Below are positions 37,983 to 46,660 of a stretch of DNA of 64,000 bases, piece by piece. Made by a program: the position numbers and the translations under genes. Source of the stretch: Podarcis bocagei (lineage: Eukaryota); the NCBI GenBank assembly GCA_964188305.1, contig OZ076890.1, one strand, 5' to 3'. The number at the start of each line of letters is the position of its first letter. Position 1 is the first letter of the stretch. The notes under the pieces were generated by a model that was not told the origin of the DNA, made no database searches, and saw nothing but the letters and a program-made list of their open reading frames with translations.

Positions 37983-40900
37983 TCCACCTCCCCTCCAGGG
38001 CCCCCCTCACCCCTTCCCATTTCCTCTTCCCTGGGAGGTGAAGGGTTAAAACCCCGAAAAGAATCTTCTTCATCTTCAGACGTCTCGAACAACTCCCTCC
38101 ATCGATCGCCGTCCTGGCTCGCTGAATCCTCCTCCTCTTCGGAATCTGTGAACCCCTCCAACTCCTCTTCCTCGTCGGTGGTGGCAAAGTATTTCCTTCG
38201 GAACCTCGCTACAGGCTGAGGTTTGCGTGGGAACCTCTGATGAAAAGTTTCTATTAAAAATTCGTCATTGACACCCTCTGCCCTAACCCAGGTGTTTTCC
38301 GACTCCGGTTCCCCTTCCCACATTACCAAATACTCAACTTGATCTCCCTTCCACCTGGAATCGAGGATCTCCGCTACATGGTAGCTGTGTTCCTTCTCCT
38401 CCATTGCTGGTCCCCTAGTGACCCTCCCTTCACTGTCCCCTTTATACGGTGACAGCAATGACCTGTGGAAAACTGGGTGCAGCTTCATGTGGTTCGGTAA
38501 CCGGAGTCTGAAAGCCACTGGGTTGACCTGCTGCATGACTTCAAATGGTCCCAGCCTTTTGGGTCTTAACTTCTTACAACCCCCTTTGAATGGCAACCCT
38601 TGGGTTGACAGCCACACCTGGTCCCCCACCCTGATGCTTTCACCTTCCCTTCTGTTTTTGTCTGCCTGCCTCTTATATTCCTCCTTAGCCCTGTTTAAGT
38701 TGAGTTGGAGCTGGCGATGGATCGCTTCCATTTCTTCAACGAACTGTTCTGCAGCTGGAACGCTCCAGTTCTCCCCTTCCCCCCCTGGGAAGGCTCTGGG
38801 ATGGCACCCGTGATTAGCCAAAAAGGGGCTCATCCCCGTGGACACGTTCTCTGCATTGTTGTAGGCAAATTCTGCCAACGCCAGCTTCTCCACCCAATCA
38901 TTCTCTCTGTCATTCACATAACACCTCAAATATTGCTGGAGAACACCATTAGCTCTTTCCGCCTGCCCGTTGGTTTCTGGATGACGGGCCGTTGAGAAAT
39001 TAACCTCAACATGCAGTAAGCTCATGAGCTTCCTCCAGAACCTGGAAGTAAATTGTTTCCCTCGGTCTGAAACCACCCTCAAGGGGGCGCCATGCAACCT
39101 AAACACATTTTCTACAAACAATTTGGCTGTTTCTTCTGCTGTGACCGCATGTGAGCAGGCTATAAAGTGGGCCATTTTAGTTAACAGGTCTACCACAACC
39201 ATGATGGCTGTTTTCCCTCTAGACCTTGGCAGATCAGTCATAAAATCTATGGCCACTGCTTCCCACGGTCTTTCAGGTGTGGGTAGTGGTTCTAATAAAC
39301 CTGCCGGTGCCCGCCTCTCCCCCTTGGCTCGTTGGCATTGTTCACACCCTCTCACATACTCCCGCACATCTTCCCTGACCTTGGGCCACCAAAATTCCCT
39401 GGTAACCAGCCACATGGTTTTGTGTTGCCCAAAATGCCCTGCTGTGGGGCTATCGTGCAGTTGCTTGAGTACCTTCTCCCTCAATTCCCCTTCGGGTATA
39501 TATAACGCTCCCTTGTAGTACAATGCCCCGTTTCTCTCCTCAAAACCCCCGGGTTTGTCTCCCTCCCTCCTGAGACCCCTGAGTTTGTCCTGGGCGTATT
39601 CATCATGCACCGTACCCTCTACCAACTCCCTTTGCCCCACCAATGCCGCCCCACACACCCAGCGGTCCTCTGGAATGACATGGGTCTCTTCGGGTGCTCC
39701 CTCCCCCTCCAAATATTCAGGTTTGCGTGAGAGAGCGTCCGCCCTAACGTTCTCTGGGCCTGGCACGTAACAAATCTCAAAGTTAAATTTGGAGAACTCC
39801 TGGGCCCATCTCAACTGCCGTTGGTTGAGCACTCGCGCAGTTCTCCAATACTCTAGATTCTTATGGTCCGTGCACACTTGCACCTTATGTTGTGCACCAA
39901 TTAGCAGGTGCCTCCATTTCCGGAAAGCTTCATGAATAGCAAGAAGTTCCCGGTCGTACACCGTGTAGTTCCTCTCGGATTTGTTCAGCTTTCGCGAAAA
40001 GAAGGCACACGGTCGCCACTCTGACTCCTCCTTCCCCGACTGCAGAAGAAGCACCGCCCCTATGGCTCTGTCAGATGCGTCTGTTTCGACCCTCAGCTTC
40101 TTTTGTAAGTCCACATGCAGAAGTTGTTCTTCCGAGGCGAAGGCCCTCTTCAGTTCCTCAAACGCTCGCTCCGCCTCCGCCGTCCATACAAACTTCTTTT
40201 TACTGCTGAGACAGTCCGTAATGGGCGCCGTCAGGTGGGCGAAGTTTCGGATGAACTTACGATAAAAGTTTCCAAACCCTAGGAACCTCTGCACATCCTT
40301 CTTGGTTTTGGGTGTTTTCCAATCCAGCACCGCCTGCACCTTACCGGGATCCATGGCCAATCCCTTGTCTGACAGGCGGTACCCCAGGAATTCCACCTCC
40401 TTGGTATGAAACTGACACTTCTCCAGTTTCACCCACAGCCTGTTGGCTTGCAGCCTGCTCAACACTTCTCTGACGTCTCTCACATGTTGCTCCTCATTCT
40501 CCGAATACACCAACACATCATCTAGGAAGGCAACGCAATTCTTGTAGAGCAAAGGACCCAGTACGTGGTTCATAAAAGATTGAAAGCACGCTGAGCCTGC
40601 TTGTAATCCAAAAGGCATAACGAGATATTCAAATGCCCCCAAAGGGGTAAACATGGTGGTTTTCCATTCATCCCCTTTCCTTATACGTATCAGGTTGTAC
40701 GCCCCCCTTAGATCCAGCTTTGTAAAAATCTTTCCCTTCCTCACCCTGGTCAAAATATCATCAATCCTGGGCATAGGGAAAGTCACTGGTTCAGTCACTG
40801 CATTTAACCTCCTAAAATCACATACAAGTCTCGGCTTGTCCGTGTGCTTTTTATCCACAAAAAACACTGGGCTACCCCCCGCTGCTTTGGACTCTCTGAT

Positions 40901-41581
40901 GAAGCCCCTCTTCAGGTTCTTGTCAATAAATTCTCGCAACTCCTGCATTTCTCTGTCTGACATGGCATACAACTTGCCCACAGGAAGCTGTGCTCCAGGG
41001 AGTAGATTGATCTGGCAATCAAAGGGCCTATGAGGGGGTAGTTGGTCAGCTTCCTTCTCGCTGAACACGTCGCTGAGATCTGCATACTGTGGTGGTACCT
41101 TCACCTTCTCCATTACTTCTGTCCCTGCTAGGGTGGCTTGGGCCCCTGCTGAACCCTTTTCCCCTTTGCAGTGTTCTAAGCAATGTGCTGAACCAAAGGA
41201 AACCACTCTTTGATGCCAGCCCACCAGCGGATCATGTAGCGCTAGCCAGCTCATTCCCAAAATAATGGGAGCGCCTCCCAAGGTGGCCACATTAAACGCT
41301 ATCAGTTCTGTGTGCCTTGCCACCCTCATTATCATTGGGACGGTCTGCAAGCTGACTCCTCCTCCCAACAACTCCCTGCCATCGATCGTGGTCACCTGCA
41401 GGGGGTTGCTTAAAGGGATCGTCTGTATCTGGTGTTCAGCAGCAAACTCCTTGCTCATAAAATTGCAGGAGCTGCCTGAGTCCAACAGCGCCTTTATTTT
41501 TAGGGGGTGTCCATTTTGCAGCTCTAGCGACACATCAATAACTAGAGCAGGTTGAGGAGCTTCTGGCACGGGCACTTTCAC
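37679..41581 (-). CDS. pol: Gypsy Pol polyprotein: protease-RT-RNase H-integrase-chromodomain plus acidic/basic tail (entered by -1 frameshift near 41635)
   Basis: 1300-aa ORF; LLDSGS protease, MPFGL and FLDD RT, ETDAS RNase H, H-x6-H...C-x2-C and DDE integrase, GPF motif, chromodomain ILDSR...YLVMW...ENTW. Confidence 0.96.
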   Translation of the reverse strand: MKVPVPEAPQPALVIDVSLELQNGHPLKIKALLDSGSSCNFMSKEFAAEHQIQTIPLSNPLQVTTIDGRELLGGGVSLQTVPMIMRVARHTELIAFNVATLGGAPIILGMSWLALHDPLVGWHQRVVSFGSAHCLEHCKGEKGSAGAQATLAGTEVMEKVKVPPQYADLSDVFSEKEADQLPPHRPFDCQINLLPGAQLPVGKLYAMSDREMQELREFIDKNLKRGFIRESKAAGGSPVFFVDKKHTDKPRLVCDFRRLNAVTEPVTFPMPRIDDILTRVRKGKIFTKLDLRGAYNLIRIRKGDEWKTTMFTPLGAFEYLVMPFGLQAGSACFQSFMNHVLGPLLYKNCVAFLDDVLVYSENEEQHVRDVREVLSRLQANRLWVKLEKCQFHTKEVEFLGYRLSDKGLAMDPGKVQAVLDWKTPKTKKDVQRFLGFGNFYRKFIRNFAHLTAPITDCLSSKKKFVWTAEAERAFEELKRAFASEEQLLHVDLQKKLRVETDASDRAIGAVLLLQSGKEESEWRPCAFFSRKLNKSERNYTVYDRELLAIHEAFRKWRHLLIGAQHKVQVCTDHKNLEYWRTARVLNQRQLRWAQEFSKFNFEICYVPGPENVRADALSRKPEYLEGEGAPEETHVIPEDRWVCGAALVGQRELVEGTVHDEYAQDKLRGLRREGDKPGGFEERNGALYYKGALYIPEGELREKVLKQLHDSPTAGHFGQHKTMWLVTREFWWPKVREDVREYVRGCEQCQRAKGERRAPAGLLEPLPTPERPWEAVAIDFMTDLPRSRGKTAIMVVVDLLTKMAHFIACSHAVTAEETAKLFVENVFRLHGAPLRVVSDRGKQFTSRFWRKLMSLLHVEVNFSTARHPETNGQAERANGVLQQYLRCYVNDRENDWVEKLALAEFAYNNAENVSTGMSPFLANHGCHPRAFPGGEGENWSVPAAEQFVEEMEAIHRQLQLNLNRAKEEYKRQADKNRREGESIRVGDQVWLSTQGLPFKGGCKKLRPKRLGPFEVMQQVNPVAFRLRLPNHMKLHPVFHRSLLSPYKGDSEGRVTRGPAMEEKEHSYHVAEILDSRWKGDQVEYLVMWEGEPESENTWVRAEGVNDEFLIETFHQRFPRKPQPVARFRRKYFATTDEEEELEGFTDSEEEEDSASQDGDRWRELFETSEDEEDSFRGFNPSPPREEEMGRGEGGPGGEVDVRELPSEHQAVEGLREEERDSTAEAGTSRGRSGSLRECEQEGGLRDASSENSGEVSESPIGRPTPRRKLSRRESRRRVSVKELLCWKRFRRQPLSDSTSD

Positions 41582-41638
41582 TGCTCTTTGGCCTGGCTGC
41601 AGTGCCCCGACTGTGGCAACCAGGCGTTGGCTTTTACC
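41570..41638 (-). promoter_or_regulatory. predicted -1 ribosomal frameshift signal (G_GUA_AAA + pseudoknot)
   Basis: pol is in the -1 frame; heptamer 41632-41638, 6-nt spacer, 10-bp stem 1 and 7-bp stem 2. Confidence 0.72.
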
Positions 41639-42591
41639 TGCTCCGTTTCTCCCTGCTCTCCTCCCTCAACAGCTCCCACCATCCCTTGCCATTCCTTCCT
41701 CTGGGGGCAGACTCTGGCAAAGTGGCCTGGCTGTTGGCAGAGATAGCATTTCCGGGCGCCTTTTCCCTCCTTCTTAACCCCCTCACTGGGTTTTGAAAAT
41801 GCGCGCGCGCGCGCTGTTCCGATTTCCATCGGCTCTGCCGGCGGGAAAGCTGGCTCAGGAATGTCTGGAATGCGGAACTCCTTCCAACGTTCCCCTCTCC
41901 CTTCCCGCCTCTCCAAGGCTCTTGCCTCCTGACGCGCTCCTATGGTCAGCGCAGATTTGGTCAACTGATCCATAGACACCGCCCTGGGGCTCCGGGACAG
42001 CTCGTCTTTCACAGCCGAAGAAAGACCTTCTTCAAATAGCATCTGAATAGGTGCCGCCGATAAATCCCAACCCAGTCTGTGAATCAGCATGGTAAACTCA
42101 GTCCAGTACTCACGGACAGATCGGCTTCCCTGCTTGCAAGCCATTAGCTGTCTGCGCACCACCCCTTCCTCAATATCGCTGGAAAACATGATATCCATTG
42201 CTCTAAAGAACTTCATCGTGTCCTTTAGGACGTCATTGTGCGTTGCCATTAGGGGTCGAACCCAGTCCCGCGCCCCTTTCTCAAGATGCCCAATTACGAA
42301 AGCAACTCGCGATTCCTCATCAGGGAACTCATCGAACTGCACATTAATGGCATATTGCATCTCTGTCCTAAAGGCATGGTAATCCTTGGGGTCCCCCCCA
42401 AACTTCTGCACCAATCCTGGTACCTTTCTGGGGAACTGAGTGGCTCTCCCCTTCTTGTCTGCATCCTGAGCCCTTCTCTCCTCAAGCCTCGCCGTCTGCA
42501 GCGCAAGTTGGACTTCCAACGCTCGGTACCTTTCTTCCAAGCTTGGACCAGCGCCAACTCCTGCTCCTCCGGTTCCGGCTGGTTCGCTCAT
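41578..42591 (-). CDS. gag: Gypsy Gag (capsid + CCHC zinc knuckle)
   Basis: 337-aa ATG ORF in good Kozak context; retrotransposon-gag-like core, EPMEIG motif, CYLCQQPGHFARVC knuckle. Confidence 0.95.
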   Translation of the reverse strand: MSEPAGTGGAGVGAGPSLEERYRALEVQLALQTARLEERRAQDADKKGRATQFPRKVPGLVQKFGGDPKDYHAFRTEMQYAINVQFDEFPDEESRVAFVIGHLEKGARDWVRPLMATHNDVLKDTMKFFRAMDIMFSSDIEEGVVRRQLMACKQGSRSVREYWTEFTMLIHRLGWDLSAAPIQMLFEEGLSSAVKDELSRSPRAVSMDQLTKSALTIGARQEARALERREGRGERWKEFRIPDIPEPAFPPAEPMEIGTARARAFSKPSEGVKKEGKGARKCYLCQQPGHFARVCPQRKEWQGMVGAVEGGEQGETEQVKANAWLPQSGHCSQAKEQ

Positions 42592-42623
42592 GATGCTTTC
42601 TCCTGCACAGGCAGCGTACAGAG

Positions 42624-42634
42624 ACTGTCAGACT
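42624..42634 (-). promoter_or_regulatory. self-priming primer binding site (11 nt, complementary to LTR 42756-42766)
   Basis: no TGG tRNA PBS; AGTCTGACAGT lies 2 nt after the 5' LTR and is the exact complement of ACTGTCAGACT in the LTR. Confidence 0.8.
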
Positions 42635-42636
42635 GC

Positions 42637-43045
42637 TGTAATGGGATGATTAGCTGCTTGTGCGTAAAATCGTGCTCCCTCAGAGTTTGTGCGACTCCAC
42701 AAACCTCTGTGTGTGACAGAGCTCCACAAACATGTCTGCTCTTAGTCACTCGTAGAGTCTGACAGTGGCTGTCTGCGGAAGCGTTTCCAGCAAAGAAGCT
42801 CCTTAACGGAAACGCGTCTCCTGGACTCACGGCGTGACAGTTTCCGGCGAGGTGTGGGTCTCCCTATGGGAGACTCAGATACCTCCCCGCTGTTCTCGCT
42901 GGAAGCGTCTCTGAGCCCTCCCTCCTGCTCGCATTCCCTCAGAGATCCACTCCTCCCCCTGCTGGTTCCTGCCTCAGCTGTTGAGTCTCTTTCTTCCTCC
43001 CTGAGACCCTCCACCGCCTGATGCTCCGATGGCAGTTCCCTGACA
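42637..43045 (-). repeat. 5' LTR (409 bp)
   Basis: direct repeat of 37574-37982, followed by TSD gttca. Confidence 0.97.
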
Positions 43046-44259
43046 GTTCATATGGTGAGAGGCAGTTTTCTCTGGCTATTTTATTATGTCAAATTAGCAG
43101 CGTAAATCATAGGTTAATATTCCAGCAGCACCAACAGCAGTTTTAGCAGTACAAGTAATGTCACTTCGTTCCAAATATATATCGGACCCTCCAAGTGTCC
43201 CTGTTTTCCAGGGACATCCTTGATTTATCTGACTCCCAAGCTGTCTGAAGGCAATCCTGTACAGGGAAGGTTATTTAATGTGTAATGTTTTATCATGTTT
43301 ATATATATGTTGGAAGCTGCCCAGAGTTGCTGGGGCAACCCAGTCAGATGTGTGGGGTATAAATAATAAAATTATCTTTATGGAATGGGACGTCCCTATT
43401 TTCATCGGAGAAATGTCAGAGAGTGTGATATACGTATTGGAGTTATAGCTCACACATCTTGCACCGACCTATCAAATCCCACATAGTAATACTGCAGATA
43501 GCAAGAGTTACTACATGGTTGAAAGAGTGCAGAATAAGCAGGTGAGATGGAGGAAACCTCAGTACTGTAGACACAACAGTGTATGCTAGTTTATGCTTAG
43601 TTCTTTGGAAATATTAGAGCTGTAAACTATAGTCTGGGCAGTGAAGGGGCACTTAGAAAAGTGTTGTCTGATGGGCTGTGATCTCCAAGGTTCATGGGAT
43701 GACAAGAAACCTACAGTGGATATCTGCACTTCTGCATCATTAAAACAAAGCAAAGCAAAAAAGAAACATTATATGTTCCTGGTGGCAACTATGCTTTTCC
43801 TCCGCGGTGCCCCAGAGGTCAGCTCAACTTCCAGGGCATTAAAGAACATGGCATGCTATGGAAAGGGGAATTGACTCAGGTTTCCCTTCCACTTTTTAAA
43901 AAGTGTTGCTAAGTACAAGACCCATGTGCCTCCCTAAGGACTGGAGCATCAGCAAAACATAAAAGAAACTTTTTTAGAAATTCAGAGAGGGTTTTGTATA
44001 TTATGCATGAAGTGACTCCAACAGCAATAATGAGCTCAGCCATTTATTTTATGATTATCTTTGTTTTGGCAGTGCAAAGAGGCTTTTATTTTCCATCACA
44101 GCCAAATTCAGCTCACTCCTAATAGAAAGTGAACATGATTCCAAACAGGCACTAAGGAGTGGATTGAAGGTTAAAATGAGAGATGAAATATGAGGTGCCA
44201 TTTCAACTTTACAAAGGAATGCTTTTATTAAAATTGTGTTGTGGTTTTCCTCTCCTTAG

Positions 44260-44328
44260 GTAATAGAACTTTGTTCAATTCACAGCCTACATCAGATACT
44301 GATGCTTCTGGCAAACGAAGGTTCACAG
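44260..44328 (+). CDS. ABI3BP: ABI3BP exon (69 nt): SNRTLFNSQPTSDTDASGKRRFT
   Basis: ttttcctctccttag acceptor, G|gtatg donor; homologous to mammalian FSSSPTRETDPLGKPRF (recalled). Confidence 0.92.
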
Positions 44329-44567
44329 GTATGTCTAAAATAGCTGCAGTAATGTCAGATTGTGAAAATGATATTTAACCATATTAATTATTTTTGCTCA
44401 TCATCCAAGTTCCCAAATTAAAAGCTCTTTTAATCATTCTCCCTCTCACGAACTTAATCCCTGCAGCTCCTGATGTTCAGTGTGCAGCTTTTTGATGATG
44501 ACTTATTCAATTTGTATACCTCCTTTTATCAAAAGATCCCAGGGCAGTGTACAACATTAAAACACAT

Positions 44568-44921
44568 TTGTTGTTGTTGTTTAGTCGTGTCCGACTCTTC
44601 ATGGCCCCATGGACAAGAGCACGCCAGGCACTCCTGTCTTCCACTGCCTCCTGCAGTTTGGTCAAATTCATGCTGGTAGCTTTGAGAACACTGTCCAACC
44701 ATCTCGTCCTCTGTCGTCCCCTTCTCCTTGTGCCCTCCATCTTTGCCAACATCAGGGTCTTTTCCAGGGAGTCTTCTCTTCTCATGAGGTGGCCAAAGTA
44801 TTGGAGCCTCAGCTTCACGATCTGTCCTTCCAGTGAGCACTCAGGGCTGATTTCCTTAAGAATGGATACGTTTGATCTTCTTGCAGTCCGTGGGACTCCC
44901 AAGAGTCTCCTCCAGCACCAT
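44568..44921 (-). mobile_element. BovB (RTE) LINE 3' fragment
   Basis: encodes LRLQYFGHLMRR...LEKTLML...RRRGRQRTRWLD, the typical BovB C-terminus; (caa)n tail. Confidence 0.9.
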
Positions 44922-45234
44922 AAAACACATTACAGAACATTAATGATAAAACATAATGAAAAGCCTAATAATAAAATAGTCATCAGAATAACAGTCCTCT
45001 CCAAAACACTTTCAAGGGTCTCAGGCTTCTACAAAACTTTTCATGCAGCTGATCATCACTTACTTAACTATATTTTTTAAAAAAACCAAGAACCTTAAAA
45101 ATCGATATCAGGAGAGATATCTGACATGCTAACTTACTTTCAGGTTTTTTTTATGGAGAAGCATTCAGCTGTGGGCCCTACCACCTGAAAAAGTCCAGTT
45201 CTGGCAATTTTACCACCACATTTGCTACTTGGAT

Positions 45235-46136
45235 TTTTTTTTTCCTCTATTATTACTTTTATTTGAAATAAGTGCAGATTACATTCTAAAATACATATAC
45301 ATATATATTACAAGATAAATTCCAACAAGAAAAAAGAAAAAAGAGAAAGAAAAAAGAAAAACCAAAAAAACAAGAAAAAAGAAAAAAGAAAAACACACAG
45401 ATCAAAAACACTAACAAAATAATTAACTTCCGTTCATCTCGGTCTTGGAGTACATAACCTTACATTACTTCTGCAGTAATACTATCATTGACATTGTACA
45501 TCGAGGGCTTTAATTATCGTCTACTGATAAGTTGTTAATTCCCATGTTTATCTCAAAGTAATTTAGAAATTTAATCCATTCATCTTTATGTTTAACTGTG
45601 TTATTTAGCCTTATTTTTTGTGTTAGTCTAGCTAAATCAATATATTGATATAACCTCAGTTGCCACTCACCAATCGTAGGTACGTCAGGGGATTTCCATT
45701 TTTGCGCTATTAAAATCCTCGCCGCGGCCATAGCATATTGAACAAGGGTTTGATCTGTTTTTTTAATTTCCTCACTAATCATCCCTAAGAGAAACAGTTC
45801 AGGAGCTTTGGGAAAATTATACTTCAAAATTTTCTTCAATTCCTCATAAATTTGTCCCCAGAATTCCTTCACTACCTCACAGGTCCACCAAATATGGATA
45901 AAGGTCCCGACCTTGTCTTTGCATCTCCAGCAGCTGTTATCTACATTTTTATACATTTTTCCTAACTTTGCTGGGGTCAGGTACCAGCGGTACATCATTT
46001 TCTCTAGATTTTCACGGAGAGTTGCACACGCTGTAAATTTCATGCCTTTCCTCCAGAGTGTCTGCCATTTATTATATTCAATATTATGTCCGAGGTCTCT
46101 GTCCCATTTTATCATTACTCCCTTCACCAAATCCTC
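45235..46136 (-). mobile_element. 5'-truncated L1-clade LINE (ORF2 C-terminus + 3' UTR)
   Basis: open ORF2 end with CWRC...HIWWTC zinc knuckle (stop at 45510-45512); poly(A) tail; 14-bp TSD tttgctacttggat (45221-45234/46137-46150). Confidence 0.9.
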
Positions 46137-46191
46137 TTTGCTACTTGGATATTTTTTTTTAAGCACCTTAACACAGATGCTATTTTTCTAG

Positions 46192-46404
46192 GTGAAGGTG
46201 TGTTGTATATAAAGAAACCAGAAGATGTGCCATGCTCCATCACAGACACACTCCAATACTTTCCAACGGAAGAGGGGGACAGCACAGAGGTACCTACTAG
46301 CCCTCCACGAAAGCCTCCTACCAACCTCACTGTGGTAACTGTCGAAGGCTGCCCAACCTTTGTCGTACTGGATTGGGAAAAACCACCAAATGAAACTGTT
46401 ACAG
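46192..46404 (+). CDS. ABI3BP: ABI3BP exon, start of C-terminal FN3 domain: GEGVLYIKKPEDVPCSITD...PPTNLTVVTVEGCPTFVVLDWEKPPNETVT
   Basis: strong similarity to ABI3BP PPTNLTVVTVEGCPSFVILDWEKP; canonical splice sites. Confidence 0.96.
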
Positions 46405-46523
46405 GTTAGACTTTGGTTCTCTTAAAGTTTAGAGCCTGAACAATATTGCTAGTCTTTCTCTACTAGCCTGCACTTTCCCCCACAGCTATTCTTGCCTGGT
46501 TCTAAAAACTAGAGGTGTTACTT

Positions 46524-46660
46524 NNNNNNNNNNNNNNNNNNNNNNNNNNNNNNNNNNNNNNNNNNNNNNNNNNNNNNNNNNNNNNNNNNNNNNNNNNNNN
46601 NNNNNNNNNNNNNNNNNNNNNNNNNNNNNNNNNNNNNNNNNNNNNNNNNNNNNNNNNNNN
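46524..46660. other. assembly gap (N run)
   Basis: run of N, flanked on the right by a Sauria SINE remnant. Confidence 0.99.

Larger units (their letters stand above)
37574..43045 (-). mobile_element. full-length Ty3/Gypsy chromovirus LTR retrotransposon (sushi/Tf1-like)
   Basis: two 409-bp TG...CA LTRs that look identical, 5-bp TSD GTTCA (37569-37573/43046-43050), intact gag and pol, PPT next to the 3' LTR. Confidence 0.97.

Noticed and set aside
41801-41813. (CG)n run with Z-DNA potential
   Set aside because: short and explained by the Ala-Arg codons of gag
38418-42762. many + strand ORFs inside the Gypsy element
   Set aside because: antisense shadows of gag/pol with no recognisable motifs; no env-like ORF seen
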